Assembly: GCA_963846905.1 (NCBI GenBank)
Contig: CAWJYB010000056.1
Coordinates: 1-32,000, forward strand
Length of the DNA stretch: 32,000 nt
Reading direction: 5' to 3'
Origin: an uncultured Actinomycetota bacterium
GTDB taxonomy: Bacteria > Actinomycetota > Actinomycetes > Mycobacteriales > Mycobacteriaceae
Below, in pieces: positions 8,821-16,478 of the stretch (position 1 is its first letter; every line of letters begins with the position of its first letter). Made by a program: the position numbers and the translations under genes. A model generated the notes under the pieces. The model worked only from the letters and a program-made list of their open reading frames with translations. It did no database searches and was not told the DNA's origin.

Positions 8821-9205
8821 TGTCAACGAAGTCACTGCGGTTGCGCGTCGCGAGTCCGGCGTTCCAGTTGCGGCAAATTGCGGCGATCTGCCCATCGGCC
8901 ATACTGATCTGGAGTCCGCTACGCTCCCGGTCCGCAACGATATCTGCATAGCGGGTTGCAGCCAGCGCATCGAATGGCAAAATCCTGTCCCGGAAATCCT
9001 CCGCCAGCAGTCCGTCGATCTGTGCGCGAAGCTCACGTCTGCGTCGCCCGTTCGGCAATTGGGCGACGCCGTACATCAGTTCGGCCGCCGTCACTGCGGT
9101 CAGCAATATGTCGGACACATCCAAACTGTCGACCCAACGAGTGACGCCAGGTTCCGGCGCTGGGCGCATCAGCTCCGAAACGACGTTGGTGTCCAAGATG
9201 ATCAT
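8792..9205 (-). CDS. vapC: VapC toxin (PIN domain, FitB-like), module 2; last ~7 codons are foreign
   Basis: The 137-aa product starts MIILDTNVVSEL and includes ..TAAELMYG.. and ..DGQIAAIC..GLATRNRSDFVDTG. The tail RYGARPG* is encoded by the antisense of the IS982-like fragment. Confidence 0.8.
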   Translation of the reverse strand: MIILDTNVVSELMRPAPEPGVTRWVDSLDVSDILLTAVTAAELMYGVAQLPNGRRRRELRAQIDGLLAEDFRDRILPFDALAATRYADIVADRERSGLQISMADGQIAAICRNWNAGLATRNRSDFVDTGRYGARPG

Positions 9206-9446
9206 CCGTCAAGGACCGCAGCACGTGGACGCTCGGTCCGGCTGGGCAGGTCAAGCTCCACCCCCCCGCTCCCCGAGAAGCGCTGCCGAATCCGCGTCGC
9301 CATCCCAGGACCACCCCAGGGCGTTCCAATGCCGTGCCCAAGATCTCCCGCACTTCCGATTCCATCGACCGGCTGTGCTCTGCTGCGCGAACACGCAGTG
9401 CCGCTTTGAGCTCGTCGTCAAAATCGCGAATCGTCAAGGTCGCCAT
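9202..9446 (-). pseudogene. vapB: VapB antitoxin (RHH, FitA/Arc-like), module 2, frameshifted in a C7/G7 run
   Basis: It starts MATLTIRDFDDELKAALRVRAAEHSRSMESEVREIL (RHH). After the homopolymer at 9261-9267, the expected end GVELDLPSRTERPRAAVLDG* lies in the other frame and stops at 9202-9204, overlapping the vapC ATG (ATGA). As given, the ORF reads through to 9033. Confidence 0.65.
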
Positions 9447-9464
9447 CAGTCACCCCTCGCCCAT

Positions 9465-9490
9465 TGCTTGCATTGCAGTCAATGCAAGCA
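9465..9490. promoter_or_regulatory. 11-bp perfect inverted repeat upstream of vapB2 (putative operator)
   Basis: TGCTTGCATTG-cagt-CAATGCAAGCA lies 19 bp upstream of the vapB2 ATG (9446). Confidence 0.4.
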
Positions 9491-9639
9491 GCCTGTCTGG
9501 CGCTTGGCGTGATTTTCTATCCACAAACTCTGCGCACGGTTGATGGGTCAGGACCGAGGATTGAAACGACGACCCCCGGCTGGCGGATGACGACTCCCCT
9601 GCGTACCAACTGGCCAACCCGCTGGCGGTACCTTCAATG

Positions 9640-9720
9640 GAGGAATACGGCGGAATCGAATACGGCGGGTTGCCAGTAGAGTGCGCCACATCCACCAGGT
9701 GAATCACCATCCGTGTCCGG
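9640..9720. repeat. Composite repeat, copy 3 (full length)
   Basis: Reads gAGGAATACGGCGGAATCGAATACGGCGGGTTGCCAGTAGAGtgcgccacatccaccaggtgaatcacc. Its left arm is identical to copy 1. Confidence 0.8.
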
Positions 9721-9846
9721 TCATCAGCAAATTGCGGACTATGCCCCTCGCTACCTACACTTGACACCCTACCGAGGTTGATCGCGACAAGGATCCGGGC
9801 TCTCCCTGGCTCGACCGGACCGCACAACCCCGGGCGCCTAGGCCCG

Positions 9847-9874
9847 GGAGTAACGGTGGAATCGAATATTGTGG
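9847..9874. repeat. Composite repeat, copy 5: left half only
   Basis: GGAGTAACGGTGGAATCGAATATTGTGG matches the left arm (compare GGAGTACGGCCGAATCGAATATGGCGG in copy 4). Similarity stops where the GTTACCAG core should begin. It is preceded by the hairpin CCCGGGC-gcctag-GCCCGGG (9823-9842). Confidence 0.6.
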
Positions 9875-9879
9875 CCACA

Positions 9880-10118
9880 GACACGCGCCGTGCATCCACG
9901 ACGATTCATCCGCCAGAACGTCGAGCTGGTGCTGGTGGTGCCGTTCTGCCCGCAATGCCACCAGGCCACCGCCGTACTGGCGCGTGCGCTGGAAGCCGGC
10001 GGGCTGCCTACCCTGATGCTGTCCACCCTGCGCGACATCTCCGAGGCCTACCAGCCCCCCCACCGCCCTGGTCGGCTACCCCATCGGCGCACCATGCGGC
10101 CGCGTCGGCGACCCCGTG
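9880..10118 (+). pseudogene. Gene fragment, possibly glycine/betaine-reductase-B-like family; 5'-truncated, frameshifted and split by the intron
   Basis: VELVLVVPFCPQCHQATAVLARALEAGGLPTLMLSTLRDISEAYQPP is followed, after the C7 run at 10055-10061 and in another frame, by RTALVGYPIGAPCGRVGDPV. This pattern recalls GrdB-like proteins (..E.aGIPTv.is....i.....PPRal.v.fPlG.P.G.p.d). The family assignment is from memory only. Confidence 0.3.
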
Positions 10119-10182
10119 GTGAAAGTCGGCCCGGAGCGCGGTGACAGCCTTGCGGCTGTTCCGTTTCTCCGGGCCGCTTCCC

Positions 10183-10216
10183 GAATCCGGCATGCATCTT
10201 TCAATGCACCGGGCTC
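10183..10216 (-). ncRNA. Group II intron domain V
   Basis: The minus strand reads GAGCCCGGUGCAUU-GAAA-GAUGCAUGCCGGAUUC. It is 34 nt long, with the AGC triad, a GAAA tetraloop, a 2-nt bulge (UG) on the 3' strand and one C/A mismatch. The RT stop codon (10201-10203) lies inside it. Confidence 0.8.
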
Positions 10217-10986
10217 TCCACAAGACCCGTCGTGGTGTCGTGGTGCTCCTCGTCGCCGATGAGCGGCCAGGGTGTCGGGATGACCGAGCCGCGGTAGCGG
10301 TATCGGGTCGTGCCGATCTTGGACAGATCGATCAGTGTCATCTCGTGCCCGGCTGGCCACCATCGTCCGCCGCAGTACTGCCGGCGGAGGTGTTTCCAGG
10401 TCGATTTCGGGTGTTTACGGCGTATCCATCGCCAAACCGTATGCCACACATAGTGGTTGAGGTAGGAGAAGACAGCCGAGGACACCCCGGCCCGGAAATG
10501 CCCAGCCCAGCCCCGCAGCGTCGCGTTCAAGCGGCGCAGCAGTTCATCGAGCGGCTGGGTGGTCGAGACCTGTCGTGAAATCGTCTTGACCTTCCGCGTG
10601 GCGGCCTGAACGGCTTTCTTCGACGGATAGGTGTAGACGTAGTAGCGGCTGGTTCCCCGCTTGCGGTGACGCTGGATGTGCCACCCGAGGAAGTCCAGGC
10701 CCTCGTCGATATGGGTGATCAGGGTCTTGTCCGGCGACAGACGCAATCCCATCCCCGCCAACACGGTGGTGATCTGCTCCCGTAGCGCCTCGGCATCGGC
10801 TTTGGTGCCCTTGACCATCAGACACCAGTCGTCGGCATAACGGACCAACCTAAAATTCGGCAGTCCGTGGCGAAGCCGTTTAGCCCGCTCCACCTTGCCG
10901 GTGCTCGGCCCACCAGGAGCCTGGGCGATGTACTCGTCCAGCACCGACAACGCGACATTAGCCAACAATGGCGACAAGATTCCACC
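10201..10986 (-). pseudogene. Group II intron reverse transcriptase/maturase, C-terminal part
   Basis: GG-ILSPLLANVALSVLD...RYADDWCLMV (RT5 YADD)...FLGWHI...LNATLRGWAGHF (X/maturase region). No HNH endonuclease domain is evident. The frame continues from the fragment at 15762-16478 once the RIT is removed (..GTPQGG|ILSPLL..). Confidence 0.85.
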
Positions 10987-11069
10987 TTATGAACAGTGCC
11001 GGGTTATGCGCAGCGCCGGCCGGCTTGGCCTGGTGACGGCGATTTTGGGGGTCGATCACTGCGCATAAC
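10987..11069. repeat. RIT left terminal inverted repeat
   Basis: TTATGAACAGTGCCGGGTTATGCGCAGCGCCGGCCGGCTTGGCCTGGTGACGGCGATTTTGGGGGTCGATCACTGCGCATAAC matches the reverse complement of 15654-15735, with about 5 differences. Internally it carries GTTATGCGCAG and CTGCGCATAAC as a nested inverted pair. Confidence 0.9.
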
Positions 11070-11131
11070 GCGGATCCTCTGATCGGGAGGCCCGGTATGG
11101 TGCCGGGCCGCATGGTCGGAGGTCAGTTGTT

Positions 11132-12361
11132 ATGGCGACTTTGTCTGCGTTGGTGTCGGGCCTGGAGGCGGAGTTACAGCGTTTGGGCTACAAGGATTCG
11201 ACGCTGGTTTGGTACCGGGGTTGTTGGCGGCGGATGCAGAAGTACTTCGCTGCGCGTGGTGTCGAGGAGTTCTCCCTGGATGCGGCGATGGCGTGGGTCG
11301 ACGACGCGTGTGGGTTTTTCGGCAAGGAGCAGGCCGGCACCCTGAAGCGCACCGATGTGTATTTGTTCAGGGTCGCTCAGATGCTGGGGGATTACGCGGT
11401 CCACGGGGCGGTGCTGCGCCGCTATAACCGGTCGGTGAGCAAGCTGGACGGGGCCGGTGCCGAGACGGTCGCCCGGTTCCAGGCGCACCTGCGCTCGGCT
11501 GGGCGCTCGGCCTCGACCGTGCGGACCTACGGGACGCTGGCCGGGGAGTTCGTCGCGTTCACCGGCACCCGCGGAGGGCTGGGCTGCTGCGACGCCGCCA
11601 TGATCGGGGCGTTTGTTGCCACGCTGACCGGATACCAGTTCAAGACTGTCGAGCAGAAACTGTGTGCGGTGCGGTCGTTCCTGCGGTTCGCCTGCGCCGC
11701 CGGCCTGGTCGACGGGGCGTGTCTGGAGGCGGTGCCCGCGGCGCGCTCGGCCAGGCAGGCCAGGATTCCGTCGGTGTGGGATCCGGGCGAGGTGGCCAGG
11801 ATCGTGGAAGCGATCGACCGCGGCAACCCGTGCGGGAAACGGGATTACGCGATCATCCTGCTGATCACCAGGCTCGGGCTGCGCGGCGTGGACATCAAGC
11901 GGCTGGAGTTCGCCGACTTCGACTGGCCGGGCAACCGGCTATTCGTGACGCAGGCCAAGACCGGTCACCGGGTGCAGTTGCCGCTGCTGAAAGATGTTGG
12001 CTGGGCGGTGATCGACTACATCCGCCACGCCCGGCCGGACTGCGACTGCCGGCAGGTGTTCGTGCGGCACACGGCCCCGATCGGCCCGTTCTCCGACCAG
12101 GATCATCTGCATCAGGTTCTGGTCAAACATGCCCGCGCAGCACACGTTGCGGTGAGCGAGAAACGCCGCCATGGCATGCACTCGCTGCGGCATTCGCTGG
12201 CGACCCGGCTGATGGAAAGCGGCACACCGGTCGAGCAGATCGCCGACATCCTCGGTCACCAGTCCGTCGAGTCGACCGGTGTCTACCTGAAATCCTCGTT
12301 GGGCCTGCTGGCCAAGTGCGCGCTGGACCCGGACGCACCGGCGAACGGGGCGTCGCGATGA
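11132..12361 (+). CDS. ritA: Tyrosine recombinase RitA-like (409 aa)
   Basis: It has GLRGVDIKRLEF (Arg I), HSLRHSLATRL (HxxR) and LGHQSVESTGVYLK (His/Tyr). It is the first and longest of the trio, with a GGAGG SD-like sequence 9 nt upstream. Confidence 0.85.
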   Translation: MATLSALVSGLEAELQRLGYKDSTLVWYRGCWRRMQKYFAARGVEEFSLDAAMAWVDDACGFFGKEQAGTLKRTDVYLFRVAQMLGDYAVHGAVLRRYNRSVSKLDGAGAETVARFQAHLRSAGRSASTVRTYGTLAGEFVAFTGTRGGLGCCDAAMIGAFVATLTGYQFKTVEQKLCAVRSFLRFACAAGLVDGACLEAVPAARSARQARIPSVWDPGEVARIVEAIDRGNPCGKRDYAIILLITRLGLRGVDIKRLEFADFDWPGNRLFVTQAKTGHRVQLPLLKDVGWAVIDYIRHARPDCDCRQVFVRHTAPIGPFSDQDHLHQVLVKHARAAHVAVSEKRRHGMHSLRHSLATRLMESGTPVEQIADILGHQSVESTGVYLKSSLGLLAKCALDPDAPANGASR

Positions 12362-13338
12362 GCCCCGCCCTCACGATGACCGAGGCGATCACCGCCCTGG
12401 TCACCGAAAAACGTGCCACGGGTTACAAATACCACGCCGAGCAGCGGGTGCTGACCCGGTTCGCCGCGTTCTGCGCCAGGGAGTTCCCCGGGCAGCAGGC
12501 GCCCACCCGGGCCTCAGTCGAGGCCTGGATCGCGGCCGCCCGCCGGCGCGGAGTCACCCCGGCGACCCTGCACAGCTTGGCCGCGCCGGTGCGGGAGCTG
12601 GCCCGCTGGCTGGGCCGCCGGGGCGTGCCGGCCTACGTCCTGCCCGCCAGGGCACTGCCCCGCCCCGCCCGCTACGTCCCGCACATCTACACCGACCAGG
12701 AACTGGCGGCCCTGTTCACCCAAACCGACCGCTGCCACTACGACTCGCAGGTCCCGTTCCGGCACCTGGTCATGCCGGTGCTGTTCCGCACGATCTACGC
12801 CTGCGGCCTGCGTGCCTCCGAAGCCCGGCTGCTGCGCTTCGACGACGTCGACCTCGACGCCGGGGTCCTGACAATCCGCGACGGCAAGGGCGGCAAAGAC
12901 CGGCAGGTCCCGGTCAGCGCCGGGCTGCGCGACAGACTGGCCGGCTACCACGCCCGCGTCGCCGGGCGCACCGGCGGGGACTGGTTCTTCCCCGGCACCG
13001 CCGGGCGCCCGCTGACGATCGGCAACATCGACAAGAACTTCCGCCGGTTTCTGTGGCAGGCCCGCATCCCCCACGGCGGCAGGGGCCATGGCCCCCGCGT
13101 GCATGATCTGCGACACGCCATGGCAGTCAACAATCTTCGGTCGTGGTTCGCCGGCGGCGAGGACGTCGCCGCGTTGCTGCCGGTCCTGCAGACCTACCTG
13201 GGCCACGCCTCCCTCTCCGACACCGACTACTACCTGAGGCTGACCGCCGAGTCCTACCCGCACATCACCACCTGCATCCAGCGTGCCCACGGCGACGTCG
13301 TCCCACCCGTCACGGAAGGCCCCTGTGATGGCAACTGA
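12358..13338 (+). CDS. ritB: Tyrosine recombinase RitB-like (326 aa)
   Basis: ATG at 12358 overlaps the ritA stop (ATGA). It has CGLRASEARLLRF, HDLRHAMAVN and LGHASLSDTDYYLR. The 232 codons upstream in the same ORF overlap ritA out of frame and are not counted. Confidence 0.85.
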   Translation: MSPALTMTEAITALVTEKRATGYKYHAEQRVLTRFAAFCAREFPGQQAPTRASVEAWIAAARRRGVTPATLHSLAAPVRELARWLGRRGVPAYVLPARALPRPARYVPHIYTDQELAALFTQTDRCHYDSQVPFRHLVMPVLFRTIYACGLRASEARLLRFDDVDLDAGVLTIRDGKGGKDRQVPVSAGLRDRLAGYHARVAGRTGGDWFFPGTAGRPLTIGNIDKNFRRFLWQARIPHGGRGHGPRVHDLRHAMAVNNLRSWFAGGEDVAALLPVLQTYLGHASLSDTDYYLRLTAESYPHITTCIQRAHGDVVPPVTEGPCDGN

Positions 13339-13757
13339 TTTCGCGGTGTTGCTGGCCCGCTTCCTCACCTCGCACCTGGCCGGGCTGCGCGGCTGCTCAC
13401 CCCACACGATCGCCTCCTACCGCGACACCTTCAAGCTGCTGATCGCCTGGTTCCGCGACTGCAGATCCATCCCGCCCGACAAACTCACCCTCGATCGCAT
13501 CGACGCCGACGCGATCACCGCGTTCCTGGACTGGCTGGAAGCCGAACGGCACAACAGCATCTCGACCCGCAACCAGCGCCTGGCTGCGGTCAGCTCGTTC
13601 TTCCGGTGGCTGCAATCCCAGGACCCGACCAGGATGGCCGGCTGCCAGGACATCCTCGCCGTCCCCGCCAAACGCAGGGCCCAGCCGAGCGTCAATCACC
13701 TCACCATCGAGCAGACTCGCCGTCTGCTCGCCCAGCCCGACCGGTCCACCCGGTCAG
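13328..13757 (+). pseudogene. ritC: Tyrosine recombinase RitC-like, N-terminal part (interrupted by IS3 copy 2)
   Basis: MATDFAVLLARFLTSHLAGLRGCSPHTIASYRDTFKLL..ITAFLDWLE..RNSISTRNQRLAAVSSFFRW is a SAM-like N-terminal domain. It is broken after ..AQPDRSTR at the IS end. Confidence 0.8.
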
Positions 13758-13787
13758 TGTGGTTCCCCCGAAATCGTGGAGGGTTTC

Positions 13788-14723
13788 CTATGCCGCTTCC
13801 GGCTTGGTCTTGGATTCCCTGATCTCGTAGTTGACGGGCGATAGCCCGTCGGCGGCACTGTGCCGGCGTTGGTGATTGTAGAACGTGTAGCACCAGTCGA
13901 TAACCACAGCCTGCGCATGGATCGTATCACGGAAACGATTGCGGGACAGCACCTCCCATTCCAACGAGGAGAAGAACGCCTCCGCGGCGGCGTTGTCGAA
14001 ACACGATCCGACCCGGCCCATCGACTGCCGAATCCCCAACTGCCGGCACAGCTTGGTGAACGCGTGTGCGGTATAGGTGCTACCGCGGTCGGTATGGAAT
14101 ATGACCCGGTCGGACTCCTCAGCCCGCCAGATCGCTTGACGGCCGCCGCGCGCGGCCACGGCCATTTTGATCGCCGCACACGCCAAGTCGGCATCCGGGT
14201 GCAGGCCCATGGCCGCCCCCAGCAGTCGGCGGCTATAGAGGTCAATCACCGTCGCCAGATACAGTTTCTGCCCGGACTCAGTGGGGATCTCGGTCATGTC
14301 GCCGACCCATTTGCGGTTCGGCGCCGCCGCGGTGAAGTCCCGTTTGACCAGGTCAGGAAACTTCGGTGCCGTCTTGTCCTGCTTGGTGAGCCCATTGCGG
14401 CGCTTGATGCGGCGCGCCACCAAACCCTGGCGGCGCATCGAGTCGGCCACCGTCTTCTCCGACACTTCCCAACCCAGATCGCGCAGGTCAGCGATCAGCC
14501 GCGGCGAACCATGCAATCCCTTGGCCGCCGCGAACGCCGCGGCGACTGCGGTATCGAGGCGCGCGCGGCGCCGATCGGTGTCGGTATGCAACCCATCGGT
14601 CGACTCAGCACGGGCGATCCACTTGTAGAACCACGACACGCTGACACCCAACAACACGCACGTAATCACATGTGGCACTAGATATTTGGTCCTCTGGTCG
14701 GCGATGAAACGTGCCACGCTCAC
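13788..14723 (-). CDS. IS3-family transposase OrfB (copy 2)
   Basis: The protein is the same as 6606-7541, and the mirror coordinates within the IS agree. Confidence 0.85.
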   Translation of the reverse strand: MSVARFIADQRTKYLVPHVITCVLLGVSVSWFYKWIARAESTDGLHTDTDRRRARLDTAVAAAFAAAKGLHGSPRLIADLRDLGWEVSEKTVADSMRRQGLVARRIKRRNGLTKQDKTAPKFPDLVKRDFTAAAPNRKWVGDMTEIPTESGQKLYLATVIDLYSRRLLGAAMGLHPDADLACAAIKMAVAARGGRQAIWRAEESDRVIFHTDRGSTYTAHAFTKLCRQLGIRQSMGRVGSCFDNAAAEAFFSSLEWEVLSRNRFRDTIHAQAVVIDWCYTFYNHQRRHSAADGLSPVNYEIRESKTKPEAA

Positions 14724-15010
14724 TTCGTCGCCTCCTTCACCCACAGGACCACTGATCGCTTGAGGACATCGCGCTCCATCCGCAACTCGGCGTTCTCGCT
14801 GCGCAGGCGTTTGAGCTCCTCGAGATCGTCGCGGGTCAACTCCCCACGACCCTCCCGAGCCTCGCGGTCCTGGGCAACCCAATTGCCCAGAGTGCCCTCA
14901 TGGACCCCCAGATCCCGAGCCACCTGCGCGATCGACTTACCCGTCTCACGCACAATCCGAACAGCCCCCTCACGGAACTCCCGGTCGTACTTCTTCCGTT
15001 TCTCTGACAT
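14720..15010 (-). CDS. IS3-family transposase OrfA (copy 2)
   Basis: The 96-aa product is identical to copy 1 except for one residue (DLGVHEG versus DLGIHEG). Confidence 0.9.
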   Translation of the reverse strand: MSEKRKKYDREFREGAVRIVRETGKSIAQVARDLGVHEGTLGNWVAQDREAREGRGELTRDDLEELKRLRSENAELRMERDVLKRSVVLWVKEATK

Positions 15011-15056
15011 CGCTACTCCTTATAGCTGATGCCTCCACGGTTTCGGGGGAAGGCCA

Positions 15057-15634
15057 CAGGCCGCCGTGACGCGACCCTGCTGGCCACCCTCTACGACACC
15101 GCCGCCAGGGTCCAAGAACTCGCCGACCTGACCGTACGCGACATCCGCCCCCAGCCCCCTGCCCTGGCCGTGCTGACCGGCAAGGGCCGCAAAACCCGCC
15201 ACGTCCCGCTCGGCGACAACACCGCAGCACTGCTCAACGCCTACCTGACCGAACACGGCCTCGACAAACCCGGCCACGACGACCACCCACTGTTCACCAA
15301 CCAGCATCGCAACAAACTCAGCCGCGGCGGCATCGCCTGGATCATCGGCAAATACCAAGCCCAGGAAGCCGATCCGACGCTCACCAACGCTCGCCTCAGC
15401 CCACACATTCTGCGGCACAGTCGGGCCATGCACCTCTACGAAGCAGGCGTGCCGCTGCCCTACATCCGCGACATCCTCGGACACGTCGACCTGACCACCA
15501 CCGAGATCTACGCACGCGCCTCCACCGAGGCCAAACGCAAAGCCCTCGAAGCCACCTACACCGAAATCGTCACCGACGAGCTACCCGAATGGAACCACGA
15601 CAGCGGGCTGCTCACCTGGCTCGCCAGCCTGTGA
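15057..15634 (+). pseudogene. ritC: Tyrosine recombinase RitC-like, C-terminal catalytic part
   Basis: ..GRRDATLLATLYDTAARVQELADLTVRDI (Arg I), HILRHSRAMHL (HxxR), LGHVDLTTTEIYAR (His/Tyr). Confidence 0.8.
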
Positions 15635-15653
15635 GCTCAGCACGCACCACGAG

Positions 15654-15735
15654 GTTATGCGCAGTGATCGACCCCAAAATCGCTGTCACCAGGCCTTGCC
15701 GGCCGGCGCTGCGCATAACCCGGCGCTGTTCATAA
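15654..15735. repeat. RIT right terminal inverted repeat
   Basis: It is the reverse complement of the left TIR. It is followed by 26 extra bp (15736-15761), ggcggcTTATGTTCAGCTGAACATAA, which contain a perfect 20-bp palindrome related to the TTATGAACAG terminus. Confidence 0.85.
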
Positions 15736-15761
15736 GGCGGCTTATGTTCAGCTGAACATAA

Positions 15762-16478
15762 TCCACCCTGCGGGGTGCCGGCGGTGGTGTCCTCCAAGTG
15801 GCGTTCCTCGGTGAGGATGCCCGCCTTGAGGAACTCCTTCACCAGAGCCAGAACGCGTTTGTCTCCGACTCGTCGCCGCACCCGGTCCATGAGTGCCGGA
15901 TGCGAGATTTCGTCGAAACAGGCTTTGATGTCGCCCTCCACGATCCACTCGTAGCAACGAGGGCGGGTCGTGAAGAAGCGAACCTCGGCCACCGCGTCAT
16001 GAGTCCGGCGTTTCGGGCGGAAACCGTAGGAACACGGCAGAAAATCCGCCTCGAAAATCGGCTCCAACACCAGCTTCAACGATGCCTGGACCACCCGATC
16101 CGCCACGGTGGGAATCCCTAGACGACGCAGCCGTCCATTCGCCTTCGGGATCATCCGCTCACGCACCGGCAACGGGCGGAAACTACGGTCCTTCAAACTG
16201 TTCCGCAGCTCGTCGAGGAACTCCTCGACACCCTGCAACGCCGCAATCGAACGAGCGGTGCGCCCGTCCACTCCGGCCGTTGCGGCACCCTTGTTTCCGC
16301 TCACCCGATCCCACGCGACCAACAAGAACGCGGGGTCGGCAACGAGGTTGAACAGGTCGTCGAACCTGCGATGAGGATCATCGCGAGCCCAACGGTGCAG
16401 CTTGGTCTGGATCTTCAGTACCCGTTGTCGCGCCAGCATCAGCGCCAGCTCGAGTTCGTCGGTATTCACCGGCGACAT
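15762..16478 (-). pseudogene. Group II intron reverse transcriptase, N-terminal part
   Basis: MSPVNTDELE..WDRVSGNKGAATAGVDG (RT0/1), RMIPKANGRLRRLGIPTVADRVVQ (RT2), YGFRPKRRTHDA (RT3), DIKACFDEI (RT4), ..GTPQGG. The likely ATG is at 16478; the longer listed ORF begins inside the intron RNA leader. Confidence 0.85.

Larger units (their letters stand above)
13758..15056 (-). mobile_element. IS3-family insertion sequence, copy 2 (1299 bp, inverted relative to copy 1)
   Basis: It is near-identical to 6273-7571; only two differences are visible through the translations (I/V in OrfA, and one in an antisense ORF). It is flanked by a 3-bp direct repeat CAG (13755-13757 and 15057-15059). Removing the IS and one CAG restores the ritC frame (..TRSGRRDATLL..). 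Confidence 0.9.
10987..15761 (+). mobile_element. RIT (recombinase-in-trio) element: three overlapping tyrosine recombinase genes between ~83-bp terminal inverted repeats; ritC is disrupted by an IS3 copy
   Basis: The three consecutive tyrosine recombinase ORFs have coupled starts and stops, and each has R..HxxR..H..Y motifs. Imperfect TIRs lie at 10987-11069 and 15654-15735. TCCACC flanks both sides (10981-10986 and 15762-15767). Confidence 0.85.

Noticed and set aside
9640-9720. Could the repeat be a canonical integron attC site?
   Set aside because: There are no RYYYAAC/GTTRRRY boxes (GTTACCA has pyrimidines where purines are required). The arms are direct rather than inverted repeats, and no intI is in the window. 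It is kept only as an analogy in the findings.
9450-9899. Minus-strand ORFs through the repeats encoding ..GNPPYSIPPYS.. (also 18204-18551)
   Set aside because: The shared peptide is simply the translation of the DNA repeat. The flanking parts of the two ORFs are unrelated and of low complexity.
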